This document shows positions 34,926 through 45,865 of a stretch of DNA of 64,000 nucleotides, piece after piece. The position numbers and the translations under genes were made by a program. This stretch comes from Myxococcales bacterium (GTDB taxonomy: Bacteria > Myxococcota_A > Polyangia > Polyangiales > DASUME01): NCBI GenBank assembly GCA_047601445.1, contig JASGJH010000001.1, positions 4,576,001-4,640,000 on the forward strand, read 5' to 3'. Numbering within the stretch: position 1 is the first letter of the stretch; the number at the start of each line of letters is the position of its first letter. The notes below the pieces were generated by a model. That model made no database searches. It was given only the letters and a program-made list of their open reading frames with translations, and was not told the DNA's origin.

Positions 34926-36620
34926 CTACCGCTTGTACGGCTGCACCGCGAGCAGTGCCTGAGCCCTCGAGCGGAGGTCGGCGGAGAGGTTGTTGCGGGC
35001 AGCTTGTTCGAAGGCGACGGCTAGCTCGCGCGCGCTCTGAAAGCGGTCTTCGCGTTTCTTGGCGAGTCCGAGGGCGAGCACGAGGTCGATGTCCTCTGGG
35101 ACGCGAGCCCGGAGGCGTGGCGCTTCGGGCATCTCCTCGAGGATGGCTCGGAGAACGCTGTGGAGGTCTCCTCGGAACGGCGCTTCGCCGGTGAGCGCAC
35201 GATACGCAATGGCGCTGAGCGCATAGATGTCGGCACGGCCGTCGACGTCGCGTTCGCCGCGGGCCTGCTCGGGCGCCATGTACTGTGGCGTGCCGATAAT
35301 CTCGGCTGCCGTGAGGCTGGCTTCGCTGTTGTGCAGAAGCTTCGAGACACCGAAGTCGAGCACCTTCCAGGTGACGATGCCGTGGGCTCCGCCTGCCCGA
35401 AAGACGTTCTGGGGCTTGAGGTCGCGGTGGACGACGCTGGCCGCATGCGCGACCTCGAGTCCTGCCGCGATTTGTTCGATCATGTCGACCACGTCGTCGA
35501 GCGACATGCGGCCGCGCTCACGCAACTGGGTGCCCAGGTCGACGCCCGCCAGGAGCTCCATGGCGATGAAGGGGCAGACTGCATCGGGTCCGCTGACCTC
35601 GAGCACACGCACCACGTGGGGCGAATCGATGGAGGCCACGATCTTGGCTTCTCGGGCGAATCTCGACAGCGCCTGTTTTTCACCCCAGAGGTCCACCCGC
35701 AACAGCTTGAGCGCCGCGGGTTCGCCGTCCGAGAGACGCTCCGCCGCATAGACTTCGCCCATCCCGCCTCGGCCGATGACCACGCCGAGGCGGAAGCCTT
35801 CGATCTCCTGGTCGGTGAAGCGACCGGCGCCGCCCAGGCCTGCCCCCTGCTTGAGCGCATCCCGCGCCTCCGCCAGGAGTGCCTCGCGTTGCGATGCCTT
35901 GCGCACGGCCTTTTCGAACTCGCGCACGATGCGGGCCTGGTCTCGGCGCATCGCCACGCCCGCTGCATAGGCCGCGGCGAACAGGAGCTCCACGCCCACC
36001 ACGGCCGCCCACCACTGCCAGGGCGAAGCGATGATGGAAGGCAACAGAGGCCGATGCGTCAGCAAACCGAGCTGGGTGAGCAGGGCGCTGAGGGCATAGC
36101 CGACGGCGATGATGCCGTAGCTCGGGGCTGCCGTGCGCCGGGGCACCGAGCTCGAAAACAGCACCAGCCCCAGGGTGACAGCGGCACAGAACGCGGACAG
36201 CAGGCCGAAGGCGAGGTTCGCGGCCACCACGGCCATGCACAGCGGAATCGCCACCCGGCGCACCCGCGCGTCGTCCGCAACGCGGCCCTCCCGAAGGATT
36301 CTGGAAGGCCCAGGCGAAGCTCCCGAACAGAACAGCCAGGGATCCCCAGGCGATGTGCTTGGTGGCCGGATCGCCCTCGACGAGACTCGTGACCAGCACG
36401 CCCACCACGACCAACGCCAGCATGGCCACGGCCATGACTCGCAGGCGACCTGCCCCCGCGGCGCGCATGGCGGACTGGGTGTTGAGCTCCGCAGCGGTGA
36501 CCGTGGGCCCCAGCGCACGCGTACCCGACGGGGGCACCCGGCCCGCTGCCACCGGGCCAGAACCCGAGACACCGGTGCCTGGACGCGCGCGCTGCGTGTC
36601 ACAGAGGGCTCGGCTGTCAT
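34926..36620 (-). CDS. Membrane-anchored Hanks Ser/Thr kinase with a frame-disrupted N-terminus
   Basis: IGRGGMGEVY, ALKLL, HRDLKPQN, LDFG, GTPQYMAPE. The first two TM helices are encoded in another frame; see findings. Confidence 0.85.
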   Translation of the reverse strand: MTAEPSVTRSARVQAPVSRVLARWQRAGCPRRVRVRWGPRSPLRSSTPSPPCAPRGQVACESWPWPCWRWSWWACWSRVSSRAIRPPSTSPGDPWLFCSGASPGPSRILREGRVADDARVRRVAIPLCMAVVAANLAFGLLSAFCAAVTLGLVLFSSSVPRRTAAPSYGIIAVGYALSALLTQLGLLTHRPLLPSIIASPWQWWAAVVGVELLFAAAYAAGVAMRRDQARIVREFEKAVRKASQREALLAEARDALKQGAGLGGAGRFTDQEIEGFRLGVVIGRGGMGEVYAAERLSDGEPAALKLLRVDLWGEKQALSRFAREAKIVASIDSPHVVRVLEVSGPDAVCPFIAMELLAGVDLGTQLRERGRMSLDDVVDMIEQIAAGLEVAHAASVVHRDLKPQNVFRAGGAHGIVTWKVLDFGVSKLLHNSEASLTAAEIIGTPQYMAPEQARGERDVDGRADIYALSAIAYRALTGEAPFRGDLHSVLRAILEEMPEAPRLRARVPEDIDLVLALGLAKKREDRFQSARELAVAFEQAARNNLSADLRSRAQALLAVQPYKR

Positions 36621-36753
36621 GTTCTGCGAGCTGGGCCACGGGGGTTGCCACCTCTTCTGTAGTGGGCGGCCCGGACGGCTTTTTCTTGGCCCTGCACCAT
36701 TCACGTGTGACAGCTCGCTTTGCCGAACCCCCACGCTCACCCCAAGGTACGCC

Positions 36754-38117
36754 ATGCAACGCTTCCGCGGCCTCAAGGACCTCATCCACGACGTCATCGA
36801 GAAGACCACGGACCTCGTGCAGGAAACGCACGAGGCTGCCGCCCGCAAGCCGCGCGAGCTCCTCGCGAACGTGGGCGCGCTCGAGGACCCCGTGCGCGCC
36901 GTGGATGCGATCCGTCAGGTCACCGCAAGCCTCGTGTTCGACAGCATCCGAGCCACCAATCGCGGCGTGCAACGGGTGGAGGACCTGGGACTCGAGGCCG
37001 CAGAGAAGCTGCTCGCCAAGCTGCCCGTGACGACGTCCGAACCCGCCGAAAGCGAGCCCGCAGAGGCGCTCGAGGCAGAGGTCGCCGTGGATCCGGCCTT
37101 TAGAAACCAAGTGGAGACCTGGGTCAGCACTGCCCAGAGCGCCCTCAACGCCGTGGCAGGCGACTTCCTGCACGCGCGCAAGAACGGCCTCGCCATCACG
37201 CTCTCCCTCTACCGTGACCTCAAGCCCGTGCCGCTCACGCAGCAAGCACTGCTCGCGACGTACCCGCAGGCCACCTCCAAGGTCTGCCTGTTCGTGCATG
37301 GCCTGGGACACCTGGAATCAGGCTTTCAGCTGTTCTCCCAGGAGCTCTACGGAAACGCCGACACCACCTATGGCAGCTTGCTCGAACGGGAACTCGGCTT
37401 CACGGCGCTCTACCTTCGCTACAACACGGGCCGTCGCGTCTCCGAGAACGGTCGTGAACTCGCGCTCCTGCTCGAGGAGCTCGCGGCGAACTACCCCCTG
37501 CCCCTCAGCCAGCTCGTACTGGTCGGGCACAGCATGGGTGGCCTGGTGGTGCGCAGTGCCGCTCACTACGGCGCCGAGCTCGGACACGCCTGGGTGAAGC
37601 AGTTGAGCCACGTCTTCTGTCTCGGCTCGCCGCATCAGGGCGCTCCCCTCGAAAAAGCGGGCAACGTGCTCACCTCGATCCTCGCGGCATTCGACACGGC
37701 CGGCACGCAGGTGCCTGCCAAGGTATTCAACGCGCGCAGCGCAGGCATCAAGGATTTGCGCTTCGGCAACGTCGTGGACGAGGACTGGAAGGACTTCGAT
37801 CCGGACGCCTTCCTCCGCGACCAGCGCGGCGAGCTCGCGCTGGTGCCCCACGTAACCTACTGCGCCATCGCGTCGACGGTGACGCGGGATCCGGCCCATC
37901 CTGTGGCGAGCGTGATGGGGGATCTCCTGGTGAGGACGGAGAGCGCCCAGGGCGGTGGCCCTGATGTGGCGCGACGGGTGGCCTTTCAGGACTCTCGCAT
38001 CCTGAGTGGGCTCAATCACATCGCGCTCTTGAATCACCCGGCGGTGTACGCCGAGATCAAGCGCTGTCTGACCAGCACAGCGCCGCAGGGGAGCGCGGCG
38101 ACGCGGCCCGACGAAGC

Positions 38118-38136
<19 letters not shown>
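36754..38136 (+). CDS. Alpha/beta hydrolase (PGAP1/lipase-like)
   Basis: FVHGL, LRYNTG, VGHSMGGLV nucleophile elbow, LGSPHQGAPLE, GDLLV, NHIALL. Start ATG 36754. Confidence 0.9.
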
Positions 38137-39491
<1,355 letters not shown>

Positions 39492-40538
39492 CGTCAGGAG
39501 TCCTCCAACAAGTCAAAAACTACCGGGTCAGGGCGCGTTGCGAGCGCGCGGGTCGATGCGGGCGGGGTCGCCCGCGAGCAAAACAAGAACTCGAAGCGCG
39601 CTGGGAGCGCGCCGGAAAACCAAAGAACGCGACACGATACGGCCGATCAGGACCGTGTCAACGTAGGGAAGACTGCTGAATTGGTGGTCCGAGTGTGAGA
39701 GTTGAAAGGCATTGACCGAGGAGCATCCTCGAATTGACCCCGACCAGGCAAAAACGGGCTTTTCGTACGGGCGCGCATGTTCAGGCCCCCTCCGGGCGGT
39801 CACTCGCTCACGGCGACCCGCACGCACCCCACCCGATTTGCCCCCGACCAGGCGACTCGGCCCCCTCGAGAGCCTCGGCGCCCCCGCCCCCCCGCGACCC
39901 TCTGGTCGGCGGGAGACGGTTTTCGCCGTTTCGCTTTCCGGCAGCGACTGGCAGGCGGGACGGTTTTCGCTTTTTCGTTTCTCTGGGTTGGAAGGGCCGG
40001 GAGACGCCGTCGAAAGCGCGAAGCGAACCCTGTGGTGAGCGGGAAGCGAACAGGCGCGCGATGGGGCGTCGTGTGTTGAGCTCACTCGATGACGCGTCGG
40101 CGAGCGACACGGGCGCAATGCATACCGCGCTGCTTGCTCGCGCGAACATGCGCGTGATGAAGGGGCCGCAAAAATCCAGGGCTTCGTGGGCGATGCTGCG
40201 GAGAGCTGCGTGAGCTCCAAGTATCAGCGTCACGCGGCTTCGTTGCGTACATGCGGACATCTTAGGTCAGCACGTTGCCACTTCGAGCCATGACGGACAC
40301 GAGATCAACTCGCTTGCGCTAGAGACGTTTTCAACGTCGCATCGGTTCCAACATGGGCATGTCGACGGCTCGATGAGAGCATGAACATCCGACGCACGCC
40401 GCGAGCTCGGCGTGCGCTCGGCGACGTCGTGGCATGTCCGCAGGGCGTGTCGCGACGCGCGTCAGCAACCCATTTTAATCGGCATTTTTCGGGCATTTCT
40501 GTGCCTGCACGCACGGGTGCGGGCGCGAGGAGGACAGC

Positions 40539-41384
40539 ATGTTGTTCACGCGTTCGCAGATCGCATCGTATGCGTTGATGTTCGCCCTCATGGGCTGCGG
40601 CGACGACGAGCCCGCGCAGGGCGCAGAGGTCGGCGATGGCGACGCGACCGAGCCGGGCAGCACGCACTACACCGCCAGCGTCACGGACTCCTCGAGCGAT
40701 ATGCCCATCGGGGGTCTGAACGTGTTCGTGCTCGACAACAAGACGGGCATGAAGACGGGCCAGAAGGCGCAGACCGATGCGAACGGAAAGATCGCACTCG
40801 ACGACGTCCAGGTAGATGCGGACGGCAAGTTCGGCGTGCTGGTGGAGGGTAAGCCTGGCGACACCGGATTCCTCGACACCTTCCAGTACAACCTGAACCC
40901 CAACGCTCAGAACGACATCCTGCGCATCGTGGCCACGGGAGCCATCGCGCTCGCGACGGCCGCCGCCAATTTCGACGAAAATCCCGCGACGGGCCCCGTC
41001 TCGGGCGCGGTGTTCACGGGCACCGGCGCAGCGGACCGCCTGCCCGCAGATTGCCTCACAATCGAGCTCGAAGGCTTCGAAGACGCCCCCGTGAAGACGG
41101 GCATGCGTTGCACCCAGGACGACCTCTGCGTGCGCTACTTCTTCGACCAGCGCATCCCCGACTTCGGCGCCACCCATACGAGCGCAGCCAATGGCCGTTT
41201 CTACATCGCCAACGTGCCACCCGGTCCCCACACCCTGCACGTGATCGCGAACGGCCAGAAGATCGCTTCTACCAGCCTGGTGGTCACGGCCCGCAACCAG
41301 GGCACCACGGGCGAGACCATCAGCGTGGCCAACATCTATCTCGGCGCGGGCGATACCAATCCAGCCAAGGGCAGCTGCGAGTGA
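40539..41384 (+). CDS. Lipoprotein with carboxypeptidase-regulatory-like (transthyretin-like) domains
   Basis: GAGGAGG RBS; LMGC lipobox; QTDANGKI and ANGRFYIANVPPGPHTL motifs. Confidence 0.75.
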   Translation: MLFTRSQIASYALMFALMGCGDDEPAQGAEVGDGDATEPGSTHYTASVTDSSSDMPIGGLNVFVLDNKTGMKTGQKAQTDANGKIALDDVQVDADGKFGVLVEGKPGDTGFLDTFQYNLNPNAQNDILRIVATGAIALATAAANFDENPATGPVSGAVFTGTGAADRLPADCLTIELEGFEDAPVKTGMRCTQDDLCVRYFFDQRIPDFGATHTSAANGRFYIANVPPGPHTLHVIANGQKIASTSLVVTARNQGTTGETISVANIYLGAGDTNPAKGSCE

Positions 41385-41427
41385 CGGCTCGAGCGGTGGG
41401 CGGCACAGGTCGTGTCGCGCCGCGCGA

Positions 41428-43353
41428 GTGATGCGCGGTCGACGGCCAGTGAAGTCGGGGAGTCATCGAATGGGGTGGAGTTTGCGCCGAATCAGGCCCG
41501 GCTTGCTCGCGATCGTGGCCATGCAGCACGCGCTGGCCATGGACGCGCGGGCGCAAGCGGCCGGGCAAGAGGAGCCGTCACAGACGAGCGACACGCCTGG
41601 CGCGGCGACACACGACCCGGCGACGGGCGGACGCGATGACGCAGACGCGAGCTCGACGTGGGACGATGGCGCGAGCGGCGGCGCTGCAGCGAGTCAGGCC
41701 GCGTCCGATGACTGGGAAGACGAAGACGATGGTGACTTCGAGGACGAGCCCGCGCTGAGCGTGAACGGCATGCTGCGTATGCAGGGCGGCGTGTTCGCGC
41801 CGATGATCTCCAGCAACTTCAAGCCCGAGCACAACGAAGCCTACCGCGTGGTGGATTTAGGACGTTATGGCGCGCCCTGTGACCCGCTCAAGATGCCCTA
41901 CTATCCGTGCGCGCCGGTCGATCATGGTCAGCCCCCTGGCAGCCTCTCCATCGCGCGCGCCACGCTGCAGCTCGAGGGACACTGGCAAGCCACCGAGCGC
42001 ATCTCGCTTCACGCCATCGTGCGCGGCGTGCGCTCCTTGAGCCTCGCCGCAGATCGCTACGCGCAGATTCCCCAACCGCGCTCGGATCCGGACGAGCGCG
42101 GCTCCTACGCGCGCGAGTGGGCGGCCGAGAACTACTACAACGAGTTCGACCTGCGCGAGCTCTACCTGGATCTCGATCCCACCGACTGGCTCAACATCCG
42201 CATCGGCCGGCAACAGATCGCCTGGGGCGAGACGAGCTCCTTCCGTCTGCTCGACGTGGTGAACCCCACCAACGCCACCTGGCATTTCGGTCCGCTGGAA
42301 AACATGGAGGACATCCGGGTACCGCTCTGGATGATCGACACCGGCATCGACGTGCCCGCGCTCGACGGAACGCTCGAGCTGTTGTGGGTGCCGCTGATCG
42401 ATCGGCCCAAGGACACCGTGACCACGCCACTCACCTTCGTGGGCGCCTGGGGCGTGCCCTACTCAAATCAGCCGCCGGCCTTCTACGTGGAGAACAAGGA
42501 CTTCCTCTACCCGGGCCGAAAGCTCAGCGATTCGCGGGGCGGCGCGCGCTGGAAGGGCAACCTCGGCAACAAGGCGAGCTACTGCCTCGTCTACTACTAC
42601 ACGCACCAGATCAACATGCCGGTGCCGACGCACTTCTATGCGCGGCCGAAGCTGGACGAGGACGGCCAACCGAGCGCGGACTGGCCCGACGGCCTCGACC
42701 GCAACATTCAGAGCATCTCCAGATATGTGCTCGAGTTTCCGCGCCAGCACGTGGCGGGAGCCACCTTCGAGTACGCGTTCGATAGCCCCATCGGCACACT
42801 GTTACGGCTGGAGGGCGCGGTGGTGCCGGACCGCACGTTCCCATCACGCACGGACTCGAGCTTCAGCGCGGACCCCAGGGATCCGCTGCGCAGCAACTAC
42901 CACCCGCGCAAGCTGCTCAGCGCGAGCTACGCCGTGAGCTTGCAGCGCTCCACCATGCTGCGCTTCCTGAACCCGACGCAGAGCTTCCTGCTGTTCGCCC
43001 AGTTCTCGCACACGGTGGTGCCGGGGCTGGACGTTGAGGGACGCGATGCGCAGCTGGTCGAGGTCCCCATCTACAACAAGTGGCAGGCCCAGAAGCACAG
43101 CTTCAACTTGGTGTTCATGGCGCGCACGACCTACCTCAACGGCAAGGTCACGCCGCGACTCACGGTCGCGTATCTGCCCAATCTCTACGCGGGCGACAGC
43201 GGATTCTACTCGCTGGACGTCGATTTCCGGCTCTCCACCCACTACGCGCTGAACCTTCGATTGACGGACTTCTTCGGCAAGGATCCGTACCGCGAGCTCG
43301 GCCTCTACCGCGACCGAGACGAGGCGCACGCGATGCTGACCATCCAGTTCTGA
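41428..43353 (+). CDS. DUF1302-like outer-membrane beta-barrel
   Basis: LRELYLD, RIGRQQIAWGE, RLLDVVNP, EDIRVPLW; terminal LTIQF; operon context. Start may be 41470. Confidence 0.8.
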   Translation: MMRGRRPVKSGSHRMGWSLRRIRPGLLAIVAMQHALAMDARAQAAGQEEPSQTSDTPGAATHDPATGGRDDADASSTWDDGASGGAAASQAASDDWEDEDDGDFEDEPALSVNGMLRMQGGVFAPMISSNFKPEHNEAYRVVDLGRYGAPCDPLKMPYYPCAPVDHGQPPGSLSIARATLQLEGHWQATERISLHAIVRGVRSLSLAADRYAQIPQPRSDPDERGSYAREWAAENYYNEFDLRELYLDLDPTDWLNIRIGRQQIAWGETSSFRLLDVVNPTNATWHFGPLENMEDIRVPLWMIDTGIDVPALDGTLELLWVPLIDRPKDTVTTPLTFVGAWGVPYSNQPPAFYVENKDFLYPGRKLSDSRGGARWKGNLGNKASYCLVYYYTHQINMPVPTHFYARPKLDEDGQPSADWPDGLDRNIQSISRYVLEFPRQHVAGATFEYAFDSPIGTLLRLEGAVVPDRTFPSRTDSSFSADPRDPLRSNYHPRKLLSASYAVSLQRSTMLRFLNPTQSFLLFAQFSHTVVPGLDVEGRDAQLVEVPIYNKWQAQKHSFNLVFMARTTYLNGKVTPRLTVAYLPNLYAGDSGFYSLDVDFRLSTHYALNLRLTDFFGKDPYRELGLYRDRDEAHAMLTIQF

Positions 43354-43378
43354 GCCCTCAGCCCACAGGAGTGTTTCA

Positions 43379-44704
43379 ATGAACCAGCTCAAACCTCCGT
43401 CTGCTCCGATGATGCGGGCACGTCCGCCGCTCGCAGCGCTGATCGCAGCGTCGCTCGCCGTGAGCGTTGGGGTCGGACAACTCGTCAGTCGCGCGGGTGC
43501 CGACACCGCCACGATCAAGGCCGAGACCTGGGGCGAGTCCGTGGGCTTCAAGCCCGACCTGCAGAGCATTCCCGTTCAGCCCGGCGCCACCGTCGACAAG
43601 AGCAACGTGGCCACGCTCAAGGGTTTGGTCCCCGCTGGCCTCGAGACGCTGATCAGCAAGTACAACCTCACGCTCAAAGTGGTCCCCTACGTTCCATTCC
43701 GGCCCTCCGACGGCTACATCGCGGCCACCAACGAAAATCGCGGCAAGACGCGGCTCAAGGACGTCGGGAAGGAGTTTCGTACTTCGGGCCGCAACGACTT
43801 CTTCCCCGGCCTCCCCTTCCCACAGCCCAAGACCGGGCTCGAAGTGGCGGCCAATTTCCTGGGTCGCTACGGCGGAGACGATTTCGAGGTCTACTACGAC
43901 ACGCTGTGGATCTCGGCCAAATCGGGCGTAGAGCACACGGAGTACTGGCACTGGGCCTCGGTCAAGGGCGTCAACCGCACGGACATCGACCCCCGGCCGC
44001 GCATTCAAGAGATCGCAGACCAGCGCATGGTGGGGACGTCGTACACAGAGGCCATCGAGCCCTACGACAAGAAGGGCTTCGGAGCGCTGTATTCGAGCTC
44101 CTTCGATCCAGTGGACATCCAGGGGCACGTGTACGTGCCGGCCATGCGACGCGTGTTGCGCAACTCGTTCGGCACGCGGGGCGACTCCTGGAACGCCACC
44201 GATTTCCTGTACGAGGACGTGAACGGGTACCTGGGTGCCGTGGAGTGGATGAACTGGAAGCTCGAGGGCAAGAAGACGATGCTGATGCCGGCACACCCGG
44301 GCGTGAAGCACGGCAACGACCCGAAGCTCACCTACGATCTCGATCGCTTTCCGCACTGGAACCCGAAGATCAACTGGGAGGCACGCCCGGTATACGTGCT
44401 CTCCGCGACCCCGAAATTCCCGGACTATCCCTACAGCCGCATGCTCATGGTGGTCGATGCGGAGTCCTACGTGATGTATTACAAGGAAGCCTTCGACAAG
44501 AAGGGCGAGCTCTGGAAGATCATTCTCTCCGCGCCCAAGGAGTCGCCTGACCCCAAGACGCAACCGGGGCAAATGGGCGCGAGTTGTGCGATTGATTTGC
44601 AAGCCGAGCACGCCACCTGCGTGCATGCGCGCAAGGCGCGCGCGAACTCGGGCCAAGACTTGAGCAAGTTCACCGTGAGCGCGCTGCGCAAGCGGGGACA
44701 CTGA
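43379..44704 (+). CDS. DUF1329-like periplasmic protein (LolA-like fold predicted)
   Basis: Signal peptide; GLPFPQPKTGLEV, YVPAMRRV, WNPKINWEARPVYV, YPYSR, FDKKGELWK. Confidence 0.85.
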   Translation: MNQLKPPSAPMMRARPPLAALIAASLAVSVGVGQLVSRAGADTATIKAETWGESVGFKPDLQSIPVQPGATVDKSNVATLKGLVPAGLETLISKYNLTLKVVPYVPFRPSDGYIAATNENRGKTRLKDVGKEFRTSGRNDFFPGLPFPQPKTGLEVAANFLGRYGGDDFEVYYDTLWISAKSGVEHTEYWHWASVKGVNRTDIDPRPRIQEIADQRMVGTSYTEAIEPYDKKGFGALYSSSFDPVDIQGHVYVPAMRRVLRNSFGTRGDSWNATDFLYEDVNGYLGAVEWMNWKLEGKKTMLMPAHPGVKHGNDPKLTYDLDRFPHWNPKINWEARPVYVLSATPKFPDYPYSRMLMVVDAESYVMYYKEAFDKKGELWKIILSAPKESPDPKTQPGQMGASCAIDLQAEHATCVHARKARANSGQDLSKFTVSALRKRGH

Positions 44705-44722
44705 AGCGGCGGCGTCCTTCCC

Positions 44723-45862
44723 ATGGGGTTATCCAATCTCGATCGCATTCGTCGCCAACGCGTACGGCTCGCGCTGGTGCTCGTGTCGTGGACCGTGCTA
44801 GCAGTCGGTTCGGCTCGCGGGGAGCCCGTGCAGCGCCTCTCGTTTCGTGACCGTCTCTACGACGCCACGCTGCATCAGAGCACGCTGTGGGTGGTCGGCT
44901 ATCCAGGCATTCTGCTGCGCTCCGAGGACGGCGGCGCGAGCTTCTCCCGCGTGAGCGTGCCGACTCACGAGGCGCTGTTCGCGATCGATTTCAACGAGCA
45001 AGGCCTCGGTGCCATCGTGGGACGCTCGGGCACGTTGCTCGTGAGCCTCGACCATGGCGCCAGCTGGACGTTGAAGCTGGCTCAGCAGGCGCAGGCACCC
45101 GACGTGCCCTCGGAGGGCACCAGCGCCCCACCGAACGCAGTTTCGCAGCAGCCTGCCGTGCACCTGTTCGGAGTCGACGTGCTGGAGAACGGCACGCTGG
45201 TGGCTGTGGGGGACTTCGGAACCGTGTTGCGAAGCCAGGATCGCGGCGAGAGCTGGCAGGCCTGCGAAGTCGCGACCGAGCTCACGTCCGGCGCTGTCCC
45301 GGATGCGCGCCGCCGAGACGCTGAGGGCGAGCTCTCGGGCATCGGTGGCGCAAGCGCCGAGACGGAGAACGAGGGCGAGGCGGCACGCCTATCGAGCGTT
45401 TCCTTCGGAGACGACACGCACGGCTTCATCGTGGGGGAGTTCGGCTGGATCTTGGCCAGCTCCGACGGTGGCCGCAGCTGGCGCCGCCAGGCGAGTGGCT
45501 CCGACAAGTTGCTGTTCTCGGTGCGCGCTCGTTCCCCCGTGACCGCCATCGCCGTCGGCAGTGAGGGTACGGTGCTGGAGACCCGAGACGCCGGCGCGAG
45601 CTGGCAGGCACGGCCGCACGGTGAATCACGCCACCTGTTCGACGTGGCTTGCCAGGACGCGCGCTGTGCTGCCACCGGACAAGAGGGGCTGGTGATGCTG
45701 TGGGAGGGCGACGGTCCCCCCATCTCGCTCGCGAGCGAGGCGCTGGCGCCGCTCTCCGCCGTGGCGTTCGCAGGCCGCGCTTTGGTGGTCGCAGGCAAAC
45801 GAGGCTACGTGCTGCGCGCGGCTCCCGGGGCCCACCAGTTGACCCGCGTGTTGGGAGAGTGA
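44723..45862 (+). CDS. YCF48/BNR (Asp-box) beta-propeller protein
   Basis: Repeated SxDGGxSW boxes (SEDGGASF, SLDHGASW, SQDRGESW, SSDGGRSW, TRDAGASW); signal peptide. Confidence 0.9.
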   Translation: MGLSNLDRIRRQRVRLALVLVSWTVLAVGSARGEPVQRLSFRDRLYDATLHQSTLWVVGYPGILLRSEDGGASFSRVSVPTHEALFAIDFNEQGLGAIVGRSGTLLVSLDHGASWTLKLAQQAQAPDVPSEGTSAPPNAVSQQPAVHLFGVDVLENGTLVAVGDFGTVLRSQDRGESWQACEVATELTSGAVPDARRRDAEGELSGIGGASAETENEGEAARLSSVSFGDDTHGFIVGEFGWILASSDGGRSWRRQASGSDKLLFSVRARSPVTAIAVGSEGTVLETRDAGASWQARPHGESRHLFDVACQDARCAATGQEGLVMLWEGDGPPISLASEALAPLSAVAFAGRALVVAGKRGYVLRAAPGAHQLTRVLGE

Positions 45863-45865
45863 GCC

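Noticed and set aside
40480..40495. Sigma54 -24/-12 promoter for the DUF1302 operon
   Set aside because: GG-N10-GC spacing is present, but the -12 element is GGGC rather than TTGC; too weak to call.
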